A stretch of 64,000 nt of DNA from assembly GCF_000002075.1 (NCBI RefSeq), contig NW_004798006.1, positions 254,994 to 318,993 of the forward strand, read 5' to 3'. The notes beneath the pieces were generated by a model. It searched no databases, had not been told where the DNA came from, and saw only the letters and a program-made list of their open reading frames with translations. The position numbers and the translations under genes were made by a program. Below are positions 1 to 11,451 of this stretch, one piece after another; the stretch's first letter is position 1; each line of letters begins with the position of its first letter. Source of the stretch: Aplysia californica. Taxonomy: Eukaryota.

Positions 1-2375
1 GGTCAAAAAAAGTTAAATCAAAGAAATAGGTTTTTGGGGTCCGATGGGCAATTTGTTAAAAATAATTTTCTTTTTTTGGCTCAACACCTTTTACATCCAA
101 TTAAAAACACTTTTCCGAGTGGATTTTACTGAAAAATATTGATTAAAGGAACAAAAAATATCGATTTTCAGTTTCCAAAGACTCTCAAGCTATGGAAATT
201 ACCAATCTTTCTCACTAATTTTACCTCTGGAACCAGGCAATCCAGACCTCCTTCAACCGTATATATTTCGACTTCTATTCAAAATAGATGGATACATTTT
301 TTTTTTCATCAAAAGTAAGGCAAATAAACGGGCTTTAAGATGATATCTATAACCCCATATGCCCAAAAATAGACAGGCGCCTGATTCCACCGTGTGGTGA
401 CACATATATGTATAACACGGATAGCTCCAATTCATCAGGATTGGCCTCGGAAGTTGGATTTTTTTTTTTACAGTAGAGGGTTTTACGGCACTCGCAACTG
501 CATAAGGTCATATGAGCGCCAAGGGGTGGGTGTCAACAGACAAGTCTTTACAGGGAATCAGACTTAGACTGCTCACCTCTCTAGNNNNNNNNNNNNNNNN
601 NNNNNNNNNNNNNNNNNNNNNNNNNNNNNNNNNNNNNNNNNNNNNNNNNNNNNNNNNNNNNNNNNNNNNNNNNNNNNNNNNNNNNNNNNNNNNNNNNNNN
701 NNNNNNNNNNNNNNNNNNNNNNNNNNNNNNNNNNNNNNNNNNNNNNNNNNNNNNNNNNNNNNNNNNNNNNNNNNNNNNNNNNNNNNNNNNNNNNNNNNNN
801 NNNNNNNNNNNNNNNNNNNNNNNNNNNNNNNNNNNNNNNNNNNNNNNNNNNNNNNNNNNNNNNNNNNNNNNNNNNNNNNNNNNNNNNNNNNNNNNNNNNN
901 NNNNNNNNNNNNNNNNNNNNNNNNNNNNNNNNNNNNNNNNNNNNNNNNNNNNNNNNNNNNNNNNNNNNNNNNNNNNNNNNNNNNNNNNNNNNNNNNNNNN
1001 NNNNNNNNNNNNNNNNNNNNNNNNNNNNNNNNNNNNNNNNNNNNNNNNNNNNNNNNNNNNNNNNNNNNNNNNNNNNNNNNNNNNNNNNNNNNNNNNNNNN
1101 NNNNNNNNNNNNNNNNNNNNNNNNNNNNNNNNNNNNNNNNNNNNNNNNNNNNNNNNNNNNNNNNNNNNNNNNNNNNNNNNNNNNNNNNNNNNNNNNNNNN
1201 NNNNNNNNNNNNNNNNNNNNNNNNNNNNNNNNNNNNNNNNNNNNNNNNNNNNNNNNNNNNNNNNNNNNNNNNNNNNNNNNNNNNNNNNNNNNNNNNNNNN
1301 NNNNNNNNNNNNNNNNNNNNNNNNNNNNNNNNNNNNNNNNNNNNNNNNNNNNNNNNNNNNNNNNNNNNNNNNNNNNNNNNNNNNNNNNNNNNNNNNNNNN
1401 NNNNNNNNNNNNNNNNNNNNNNNNNNNNNNNNNNNNNNNNNNNCCTCCTCCCCACTCCATGTTCCGGCACCCAACAACAATGATCACAGCCACTGTTTTC
1501 TGTTACCCAATTACTGTTTGTTTTTGTTTGGTAGGTTGGTTTTGGTTTTGTTTTTTGGAGGGAGAGGGGGTGTGGTTTGTTGGAGTAAAGAGAAGCACAT
1601 CCACACAACAATGGTCATTTAGAGCTTTGGAAAGCATGTTTTAGTTTTAGTAAGAGTTTACAGCATTTGCAACACAATAAGGTCATATAAGCGCCGAAGA
1701 ATAGAGGTGTTACAAGAGAGTAACATACACAAAAAAGAAGGAGGAGAGATAAGGACAATAGAGTGGCGCCCTCCAACCACCCACAAAGACAGAAACAACA
1801 GAGGGAGAGAAAAGAAGTAGGACCTACCAGTGACACCCTCCAACCACCCACACAGACAGAAACAACGGAGGGAAAGTAAAAAAAGTGGCACCCTCCAACC
1901 ACCCGCATCAATTACTGTAAACTGTAAAACATCACTTAGCTACAGCACTAGGCCCCACTGTGACCGCCCTCCCCTCCTCCCCCCCCCACCCCCATGAGGT
2001 GAATCCTGATCGGCGCAACAGGTCAAGAAAAATACGAGAGGGGGGGGGGGGGTAATAACTTGACTTTTACTGATAAGACAATAACAAATGCTAGTTGGCA
2101 TGAAACCTGGAAGTCCTTAAACCAAAGATTCTAATCTTTGCTTAAACTGCAGTACGCTGACGACCATCAACACTCCCCTCCCTCCCCCTCACCCCAACCA
2201 AGAAAATAAAAATCCCCCAATCCCTTCATCCTTTCTCCTCTCTCTCCCCCAGTCCCGTATCTGATAAAGACAACAAGTGGAGACCAGGTCGAGGCCAAAC
2301 GACAGAGTGTCTGGCTAGGCCACTGGACTCAAATTGTTCGCTTTATTTAAACACAAGGGGGCTATCCCAAAAAAT

Positions 2376-2611
2376 GTGAGGCGTGCTGACAACAGGAGTT
2401 ACTTCTCAGATTTTAGCCCAATGGACATAGATACGTCAGATTTATTGGTTGAGTTTATACAATGTATGTGTATGAAATGACAAAAGAAATGTTAAACTTG
2501 AAGAAAATGGCATCCGCTAATGATCTACAAATTTGACCCCTGTGTTGATTTTTGTCCCATATCTCCATTCGTGGACTGCGAGAAGTAACTCATTTAGTCA
2601 GCATGCTTCAC
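2376..2611. mobile_element. Second Sola1-like MITE nested in a dispersed repeat (2357-2808; empty-site copy inverted at about 18760-18975)
   Basis: TIRs GTGAGGCGTGCTGAC...GAGTTACTTCTC / GAGAAGTAACTC...GTCAGCATGCTTCAC; AAAT on both sides, single AAAT in the empty copy. Confidence 0.8.
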
Positions 2612-2816
2612 AAATGCTGTTTTGGGGAAATTGAAGGTAAAGTTTGTGCCCCTTGTTCAGTTCCTTTAAAAGAAGATAGAGAGTCTTCTCTATAATCAAA
2701 CAAATCTACACACAACTGAAACCAAACTTCTCCTATAGGTAGGGCAATGCCCACTTTTGGTGTGGGTCAAGATTTCAGGAAACCCCCGAAATCTGGGTTA
2801 GCCCGCTGGTCCTTAA

Positions 2817-3263
2817 CCCTATCCGTACGCCCTGTGGTCATTTTGTACCCCCGGGGTTGTATTCTTCACATTTTAGAATACTTCTAGTACGAAGATCTCT
2901 TTGAAACTTTCAGTATTTCTCAAAAAAATCATTTGGACAGACTGCTATGCAAAGCGTACGGATTAGATTAACGGGTAAATTTCCTCTTTGGAAAGTGGTG
3001 GCACAGAGTTCCCCTCCCCACGTCGTATAGATACGATAGTAAAACACGACGTACAGATAAGGTTAAGTGGTGGCAGAGAGTTCCCCACGTCGTTTGGATA
3101 CGATAGTAAACCACGATGTACGGATAGGGTTAAGTGGTGGCACAGAGTTCCCCACGTCGTAAGGATACGATAGTAAAACACGACGTACGGATAGGGTTAA
3201 GTGGTGGCACAGAGTTCCCCACGTCGTATGGATACGATAGTAAAACACGACGTACGGAGAGGG
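2817..3263 (+). mobile_element. piggyBac-type MITE with the right terminus repeated four times (67-bp unit); second copy at 21894-22133
   Basis: TTAA|CCCTATCCGTACG ... CGTACGGATAGGG|TTAA. Confidence 0.88.
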
Positions 3264-3800
3264 TTAAAAGCGACCAATTGACACACCAACCCCCCCCCCC
3301 CCCCCCACACTCGTCTCACGCGCTGATCAACACTGGGATGTCGGGTGAATTTGACTGGGGGGGGGGGGGGGGGGGCGAAATGTGTAACAATATCGCCACC
3401 TCAGAATTACAAAGTTTTATCTGACATTTCTGGCCGTTTGGAGTTATAATATTGGCCATGGGGTCAGAAAGTAAATGTTCTATCTGCCTGCTCTATCAAA
3501 ATTGTAAGATTATTCTGAGTCGCTGTCAACATATTCAATTCAGAGAGTTGCATTTGAAAAACTTGAAATATTGTAAAAACCTAAACATGTTGTTCGTCAA
3601 ATTTCTCAAAAACTAGGTACTGAACAGATGAAACTTTGTCATTCAGAGGTAGCTATATTATGTCGCAACCTCAGCATTACAATTAGAAAGTTCTATCTGC
3701 TCAGTAGGGAATACCTAGTCTTGAGAAATTTGACTGTCCAAAATGTTGTGTTTTACAATATTTCAAGCTTAGTAAGAGTTTAAGTTTAGTTTTAGTAAGG

Positions 3801-4305
3801 AGGCTCTCGTGGCCTAGAGGTTAAGGTGTTGGCCTCTCATTCAAAGGTCCCGGGTTCGAATCCGGGTAGCGACCGAAAAATGTTCTCTAAAATTGTCTCC
3901 TTTCACCTCCTTTCCTGCTCTCTAGCAATATTCTGTCGTCTGTTTCGTCTCCTCTTTCTGCCCCCACCCCCTCACCTCCTTTGCCCCCTCCTCTGGGATC
4001 CTGACTCTTTCTGCAGCCTTTCTACTGCTACTCCTTGGCTCCTCCTTACTGCTGTCTTTCTGACACACCCCTGATCTTCCGGTAGGACAGATCTACACCT
4101 AACCTTCTCGGACAAGAGCGAAAAATCTCGGAGGGCCCGTGTGCAAGTTGCGCACGTTAAAGATCCCTTCGTGGTCTAAAATCGATAAGAGTAGGCTTCG
4201 GCCGCCACCCGGGCAAAATTCAAAATTTCCTACCAACTGAAAATATTAGGTGTGTCCCGCGTGCTCATATGACCTTATGCAGTTGCGAGCGCCGTAAAAC
4301 ACTTT
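3801..4305 (+). mobile_element. tRNA-derived SINE with Meta-like central domain and the family A/B 3' stem-loop
   Basis: A box TGGCCTAGAGG, B box GGTTCGAATCC, central CCCGTGTG...GCACGTTAAAGATCCC...ATCGATAAGAGTAGG, tail GCTCATATGACCTTATGCAGTTGCGAGCGCCGTAAAAC. The Meta assignment is from my recollection of the consensus. Confidence 0.8.
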
Positions 4306-4326
4306 ACAAAAACAAACCAAAAAAAA

Positions 4327-6291
4327 GTTTAGTAAGGTATTTACGGCACTTGCAACACAATAAGGTCATATAAGTGCCGAAGATTAGAGGTGTTACAAGA
4401 GAGTAACAAACGCAAAAAAAGAAGGAGGGGAGATAAGGACGATAGATGTTTGACAGGAAAGAAGAAGCAAACACACCAGAGCTCCCGTCAACCACCCACT
4501 AGTAAGAGATTTACGGCACTTGCAAAACAAATACGTCATAGAAGCGCTGAAGATTAGAGGCGTGACTGGAGAGAAACAAACAAAACAAAACAACAACAAA
4601 AAAAAGAAAAACGAAAAGGAGGAGAAGACATATTGGAGTTGTTGGCAGGTCTAGTGAAGAGACTATCATTATAACATTATTTTTTTTAGTAAGAGTTTTA
4701 CGGCACTTGCAACACAATAAGGCCATGTAAGTGCCGAAGATTAGAGGTGTTACAAGCGAGTGACAAACACAAAAGAAGAGGAGGAGGAGAAAAGAGGACG
4801 ATAGATGTTTGATAGGAAACAAGGAGAAAACCACACCAGAGCACCCGCCAACCACCCACTCTAGTGAAGAGACTGGTTCCCCTCAAATGATAACATCTCC
4901 CACAGCTGTTATCAAATGCAATAACTCTCCCCCCCCCCCCTGTCACAGGGAGGAGGTATGACATCAGCATTTTGTGACAGCATCATTAACACATTGAGGA
5001 TGAAACGTGACACATTATTACACGTCCGACCGGTGGCGCAGACAAAAAGCGAAACTTCAGCAGCGGCACTTTTCGAGACATTATACAGAACAAAAGAACA
5101 AGAATTTTAGTTTCATTAAGAGTTTTATGGAACTAGCAGCACAATTGGGTCATATATGCACAGAAGATTAGAGTTTTAGTATTTTTGTTTTAGTAGAGGT
5201 TTTGCAGCGCTTGCAACACAATTAGGTCATATAAGCATCGAATATTAGAGGTGTTACAAGAGAGTTACAAACACTAAAAGAAGAAGAGGAGATAGAGACA
5301 GTAGATGTTTGATAGGAAAGAAGAATCAGACCACACACCAGAGCACCCGCCAACCACCCACCATTATTATACGTCCAACAGACAGAAGACAAAAGGCGAA
5401 GCTTAGGCGGCACATTTTGAGACATCACAGAGAACGAAAGAACACGAGTTTGTATGGTAAGTTGGATTTAGTAAAGAGCTTTGCGCCACTTGCAATGATC
5501 GCAATTAGGTCATATAAGTGCCGAAGATTAGAGGTGTTACAAGAGAGTAACAAACACATTCAAAAAAGTAGAAGCAAGGACAGACAATATTATAAGTACT
5601 ATAGATGTTTGATAGGAAAAAAAGAGCAAAAACCGCACCTGAGCACCCTCCAACCACCCACTTGCACAGTTAAAAAAGTATCGGTACACAATATGCAGCT
5701 GATTGCCCTTTTTGGGTTTCAGAATTTTAGTTTAGTTTTAGTAGAGGTTTTATGGCGCTCGCAACTGCATAAGGTCATATGAGCGCCAGAATAGATTAGA
5801 GGTGTTACAAGAGATTAACAAACATAAAAAAGAAGAAGGGGAGATAAGGACGATAGATGTTTGATAGGAAAGAAGAAGCAAACCACACCACATCACCCTC
5901 CAACCACCCACTCAGATTTTTACAATCAGTAGTGAGGAATCTGTGAGAATACCAAAGTTATGCTTCGCTGTCGTCGTACGCCAAAAACATCGCATCATAC
6001 CGCCGTACTGAAGTTGTGGAAGGAACAGAATGCCTGTCCTCGGTGAGATCAAGTCGACATTTACACTGTAAGTTACAGACACCATGATGATGGTTGCAGC
6101 TGCCACTAAGGTTGAAGGTTTTTTTTAAGTTTTAGTAAAAGTTTTATGGCGCTCGTAACTGCATAAAGGTCATATGAGCGCCAGTAGATTAGAGCTGTTA
6201 CAAGAGAGTAACAAACATTAAAAAAAGAAGGTGAGATAAGGACGATAAATGTTTGATAGGAAAGAAGAAGCAAACCACACCAGAGCACCCG
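4327..6291 (-). mobile_element. Cluster of family A ~180-nt retroposed elements (about 4327-4499, 4500-4625, 4681-4859, 5180-5361, 5468-5661, 5726-5911, 6120-6291) in an APIP intron; further copies at 1638-1907 and 7825-8019
   Basis: Shared consensus GTGGGTGGTTGGCGGGTGCTCTGGTGTGG...CGGCACTTATATGACCTTATTGTGTTGCAAGTGCCGTAAAACTCTT(ACTAA)n on the minus strand; several copies have flanking direct repeats. Confidence 0.88.
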
Positions 6292-6710
6292 CTAATGTTG
6301 AAAGTGACCACAAAAAAACAACAACACCAACAACAAAACAACAAATTCGACGCCTGTCCTCTCATCCCCTCTTCCCACTTTTNNNNNNNNNNNNNNNNNN
6401 NNNNNNNNNNNNNNNNNNNNNNNNNNNNNNNNNNNNNNNNNNNNNNNNNNNNNNNNNNNNNNNNNNNNNNNNNNNNNNNNNNNNNNNNNNNNNNNNNNNN
6501 NNNNNNNNNNNNNNNNNNNNNNNNNNNNNNNNNNNNNNNNNNNNNNNNNNNNNNNNNNNNNNNNNNNNNNNNNNNNNNNNNNNNNNNNNNNNNNNNNNNN
6601 NNNNNNNNNNNNNNNNNNNNNNNNNNNNNNNNNNNNNNNNNNNNNNNNNNNNNNNNNNNNNNNNNNNNNNNNNNNNNNNNNNNNNNNNNNNNNNNNNNNN
6701 NNNNNNNNNN

Positions 6711-6755
6711 ATTCTCTCTTTCTGAACCCCAGAGGGTGCAATGTAGATTTCTTTG
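6711..6755 (-). CDS. APIP: APIP coding exon 3 (3' end lost in N gap)
   Basis: [15 protein letters not shown] after poly-T...aacag acceptor. Confidence 0.93.
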
Positions 6756-9700
6756 CTGTTAAAAAAAAAAGAAGAAAAATAGACAGAGTAAGACACTGGA
6801 AGAAAATGCCACAAAGTTGTTAGAAAATGTAAGGAATATGAATTTCTGGATAATAATAAAAATACCCTCAAACTTAAACTTGGTTGTTTAAAACAAAGAT
6901 TTTTACAAGGGAAGCCCAGCATATTGGATGAATGTATAAATTTAGTACAGGATATGAATTTATAGGTAATCATAATACATTGTACCCTCAAATCTAAACT
7001 TGACTGTTTTGTTTGGGTTTTTTTATTTTAAGGAAGAGTAGCATATTGGAAGAATGCCTAAATTTAGTACGGGAAATCAATTTTTGGGTAATAATAATAC
7101 ACAATGTACTAATACCCTCAAACCTAACCGTTGCTGTTTAAACAAAAAGAAAAAGAATTTAAAAAAGGAAGAGTTGCATATTGGATGAATGCATAAATTT
7201 AGTACGGGATATGAATTTATGGGTAATAATAATACGCTCAAACCTAACCTTTGCGGTAAAAAAAAAAAAGAATAAAAAAGGAAGAGAAGCATAGATCGCT
7301 ATTTGAAGAGTAGCATATTGGATGAATGCTTAAATTTAGTACAGAATATGAATATACGGGTAATAATAATACTCTAAAAGCTAAACTTTGCTGTAAGGGA
7401 AAAAAATGGCAGGATAACATATTATTGGATGGACATATAAATTTAGAACAGGACATGAAATTATGGGTAATAACACATGTTAGTATCATCAAACCGAAAC
7501 TTCGCTGTTTAAAAAAAAAAAAAAAAAAAAAAAAACCAACGCAGGGTTACATATTGGAATAACACACATAAATTTATCAGTAAATGTAAGGGATGTGAAT
7601 TTCTGGGTACGTATTTTTAAAAATACAGCGAACTTACATTTGTAGAGTTCATTGATAGCATAAATTCATAGTCCATTTTCTACGCTCACATCGACACAAT
7701 TTAGATCTTGATGGCAAAAAGAAAATATCCACTCCTGTTTCAAAGAAGTTAGCCCAGCATCGCATGTACTGCACTGAGCAGTAATCCTAAATCAGGTTTG
7801 TCAACTTTTAAAAAACCCAATCAGTTTTAGTTTGTTATTAAGAGTTTTACGGCACTTGCAACACAATTAGGTCATATGAAGTATAAGTACTGAAGATTAG
7901 CAAAGTTACCAAATAGATAGTAACATATAAATAAAAAAAGGAGGAGAGACAAGAGATGATAGATGGTTGATAGGAAAGAAAGAGCAAACCATAGCAGAGC
8001 ACCCCCCAACCTCCCACCCAATCAGTTTGTCTGAGTAAAGAGAAGCACATCGACACAATAATGATCGATTAGTTTAGGGAAACAGTAAAACAGACAGACA
8101 GAAACAACAGATGGAAAGTCAAGAACTCAAGAACTATATAGGACCTACCAGTGACACAATCCAAACAAAACAAAAAGAAACAGAAAAACACAAGCGCACA
8201 CACAAACATTGACAACAACGACACCAAAAAGAAACCCTTAGAGCAAGCTGGAAAAAATATTAAATTAAAAAACCAAAAAAAAAGTAAAAAGAAACAAAAA
8301 CAGAACCAATCAAAAAGCACAAGCAAAATAAAACCAAAAAGAACCTACCCCCCCCCCCCCAACCCCCCTGTACAAAATAAAAGGGTACTCTTTTCACCTA
8401 AAGCGAGGCAAATGAATACGCTTTTATTAAAGACAAGACCAATAACTCCTTTCATGTGGCCAAAAATTGAGGAACGTTTGATTTCAGCTTGTCGCTACAT
8501 ATAAATCAATCTTTACTATTATTTATCACTGTGATTATCATCATTATTTATCATCATTACTACTCACCCTTGCTTTATGCTGACGCCTCCACCAGTGCCC
8601 GTTACCCAGCCTAAGTCGTAGAACTGACGGCACAAAGAAGGGATCAGCTTCCTTGGGTGTTCCTGGGGAAGACCATCAAAATTATATAATGACTAGCTGG
8701 ACCCCCGTTCGATGAAAGGAATGATCGGTGCATTAACATCATCTGTAAGTCATTGGCCTACTATATTTACACTCTACTGGAAGGGAGCAATAAATCTTGA
8801 GAGATTTAAAAAATTAGAAGTTCTAGATATAGAGAGGTACAGATTGTTTCTCTATTCCGCTTTCATGGTTGTACACTCCAGAAGTTCAAAGGTGAAGAAT
8901 CAGTGCCGCACGGCTAGTGAACGGAAACCCCACTTGTTTACAAGGGTGTCTTAGAAGATGGATTTTCCCAAGATTTGATCTAAATCTAAACAAAAGTAAT
9001 GAAAAACAGAAAATTAAACTACAGTGACTTCAGACTCCTCAGTAAAACTGTGCACCCTTTAAATGAGTCTGAACCACCGTTAATTTGTTCAAATTCGAAA
9101 GTTGAGTGGTTCCGAAGTTTTAGGCCACCAAAGTGACGAACTTTCACAAATATTTATAAGACGTAGAGATTATTGCAGGAAGCTTTTACAGAAAGAAAAC
9201 TTTGGCATTTGTGGTATAGCGGTTACAATGCATTTTTCTGTTGCATGTAAAGGACCGTTGACAAATTATGTCAGCTCGGGGGGGAAAGGGGGGGGGGGCC
9301 TTCCTTACAAAGTTGACGTCAACCATGATGCTCTGAACGGTTGGGAAGAAAAGAAAAGAAAGGAAGAAAAAATATTATAGACCACATTTTTTGGGCTAAA
9401 ATTAACAGTTACATTGAACCAAATTGATTGATTTATTTTTACCAAGCAGACATGATACTCTTATCTATTTTTTTGCTTTGTTTATTTTCCAAGCTGCGAT
9501 ATCCAATCTATTTGTTTTAAAATTATTTTGATAAGTTAAAGTTGTTAATAAATAATTTGACAGTTCAGGTATTTCTGTATTGTATTTTTATAATAGTTTA
9601 TATTTTTTAATTTTAAAATAAAGATCAACGGTGTAAATATAAAATGCATCCTGTACAGGTTGTATACATGTGCACATGTACATTTTGATTGACGTCAGCT

Positions 9701-11451
9701 AGAGGTAGGCGGGGGTCCTCGGCAAGATGACAGAAGATGACAAGAGGGGAGGGGGGGGGATCATTTTTGGGGCAAAATTTTAGCTGATAATGTCTTTTGT
9801 GAACAGTCCCTAAGAGACCCGACTTTGATTCCTGGGTGCGGAGACAATTTTTATCGAGAGTATCTCTCCCTCTTTCTGAAGAGATTTTGTATCCCTCACA
9901 GCCCAGGTTGGTCCTGTCAGACACGGATGGAAGCCCGCCTCCTAAATGATCTTAATTAATTGTGTCAATATAGGTGTAAAACATCTGCATTAACATTTCA
10001 ATTTAATTTATGAGTGAAAACAAAGAGCCTGTATTCAATTTAAATCAATATGATTGTTATTATCTTATAAATTATCTGAAACTTTCTCAGAGTAATGATA
10101 AAAGCAAAGCCTGTAGAATTTGTGTGTGAGTGAGGAACAAGTGAACAAGTACAGAGTCGAACCTGTGTAAGATGAAATTGTACGGGAGCCAGAAAAAACA
10201 TTCTGTCTTAGACAGGGGAATTTAGAAGGGGGGGGGGGGTTCAAAGGCCCAACCCGTGGGATCAAGGATCGCTTGTCCGATCGGAAAGCAGTGGTCAAAA
10301 CTTCACACCTCTCAATTGCTATCCTGTATGATAATGACACGTGTCAGTCTTACTTATCCAAATACCACCAGTTAGACCTATTAAAAACAGAAACATTTGA
10401 ACACCTCCTTTACTTCCACCCTTAGCCCCATCCATCGGTGTAACAAGCACAGTCAACCAATGCCACCCCTCACTGCCATCATGTAACAACGATTCGAGGA
10501 ACTCTTTTCTCGGCTGGCCGTACAATCAGGGCGGCAGGCATTGATAAATCTAATTTCACACCTCTAGCTTCTGGATACCCCCAGGAAAGTTTCTGTAGTG
10601 GCTCGGTACTCGAGCACTCTAACGGGCAGTCGTGAGATTTCACACCCACACCACCCTGACCATCTGCATCACTCAGGGCTCACATGATGGGGTAATATCT
10701 ACCCCCAAATTGCACCCCTAAGTTCCCCTTCCTCGCCCAGCGGCATGGCCATGGCGGTAAGTTTAGAGCCGGAGGAACCAAACAACTTGCGAGTTTTGTT
10801 TCATATCAGAGCTCAGCAGGCAAAGCATTTTCCGTCTTAGGTGAAACCCTAGGAAGGAAGCGGATTTTTCTTTCCCTTTATAGGCGTTGGACAGATTTCC
10901 GTTTTAGACATACCAAGCTTCTGTCAACGTTTGTTTCTTGTTGTTTTTAGGGCGCTCCCTCGTTTCCGCCCAACTCATAGTTCTCATGCCTCAGTTACCT
11001 TTAGGCTCTCTCTTTCTCTTTCCCCTCGCCTGCGTTTAAAGGGATTTTTTTTGTTTTTTCCCTTGTCCAATTTTGCCCTCTCTTCTCCTCCGTCAGCCAA
11101 ACCGATAAGGTGGGAGAAAGAGGGGGGGGGGAACGGGGGGGGGGGGAGGAGAAATTTTTTTTTACAATTTCCGGGTGGGGCAAAAAAAAGTGGGGCCAAT
11201 TTTTCCAATCCCCCCCCCCCCCCCCCCCCCACAAACAAAACCAAAAAAAAAATTTTTAAACTTGACACCCGCTTTTAAAACTCTCCTCGACAATGGATTG
11301 CCGACCTAGCCAATACCTACTAGATCTAGATTCTAGATCTATATCTATATCTAGATCTACATCTAGATTCTAGATGTGTACTTACATCGTCAAGTTCAGC
11401 AAAATCTGTGCCATCAGTAGAAACATCAGTATTAGCGGGGCGCTTCGGCAT
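6711..11451 (-). CDS. APIP: Methylthioribulose-1-phosphate dehydratase (APIP/MtnB), 5' part; exons 11451-11386, 8662-8568, 6755-(gap at 6710); later exons not found (in gaps or left of the window)
   Basis: Spliced translation [22 protein letters not shown]|[32 protein letters not shown]|[15 protein letters not shown] matches the APIP N-terminal motifs ([21 protein letters not shown]; [14 protein letters not shown]). Introns are GT-AG with consistent phases (0, 2). Confidence 0.93.
6820..7610. repeat. Degenerate ~125-bp tandem array (about 6 units) upstream of the APIP exon 3 acceptor
   Basis: Recurring GCATATTGGATGAATG..TAAATTTAGTAC.GGATATGAATTT..GGTAATAATAAT..CCTCAAAC. Confidence 0.85.
8568..8662 (-). 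CDS. APIP: APIP coding exon 2
   Basis: [32 protein letters not shown]; ttccccag acceptor, GTGAGT donor. Confidence 0.95.
8692..8975 (+). repeat. Dispersed repeat, second copy at about 62222-62520
   Basis: ~280 bp shared (TTCGATGAAAGGA...GGAGCAATAAATCTTGAGAG...TTTCCCAAGATT); class unknown. Confidence 0.75.
9251..9810. mobile_element. PIF/Harbinger-like MITE
   Basis: TAA|AGGACCGTTGACAAA ... TTTGTGAACAGTCCC|TAA: imperfect TIRs, 3-bp TAA TSD. Confidence 0.65.
10300..10930 (-). pseudogene. Possible heavily degraded LINE reverse-transcriptase remnant
   Basis: GC-richer island with frameshifted fragments in the expected order (SPKT..., LGV, SWG, IY...YG); recognised only by eye. Confidence 0.3.
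11386..11451 (-). CDS. APIP: APIP coding exon 1
   Basis: aaaATG start, 22 codons, GTAAGT donor in phase 0 matching the next exon. The peptide itself is not conserved, so the assignment is inferred. Confidence 0.75.

Noticed and set aside
508-1611. Long ORFs spanning N runs (also at 6.3, 13.2, 31.4, 36.4, 40.6, 43.3 and 57.9 kb)
   Set aside because: Artefacts of gaps translated as X. The only real piece is the APIP exon at 6711-6755.
3801-3872. tRNA gene (likewise at 19500 and 46797)
   Set aside because: A/B boxes are present, but there is no proper acceptor stem and the sequence continues into SINE body and tail.
5912-6106. Missing APIP exon 4 in this unique-looking stretch (also 1444-1510)
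   Set aside because: No minus-strand frame gives the expected PEDMF/SQCTPLF or later APIP motifs.
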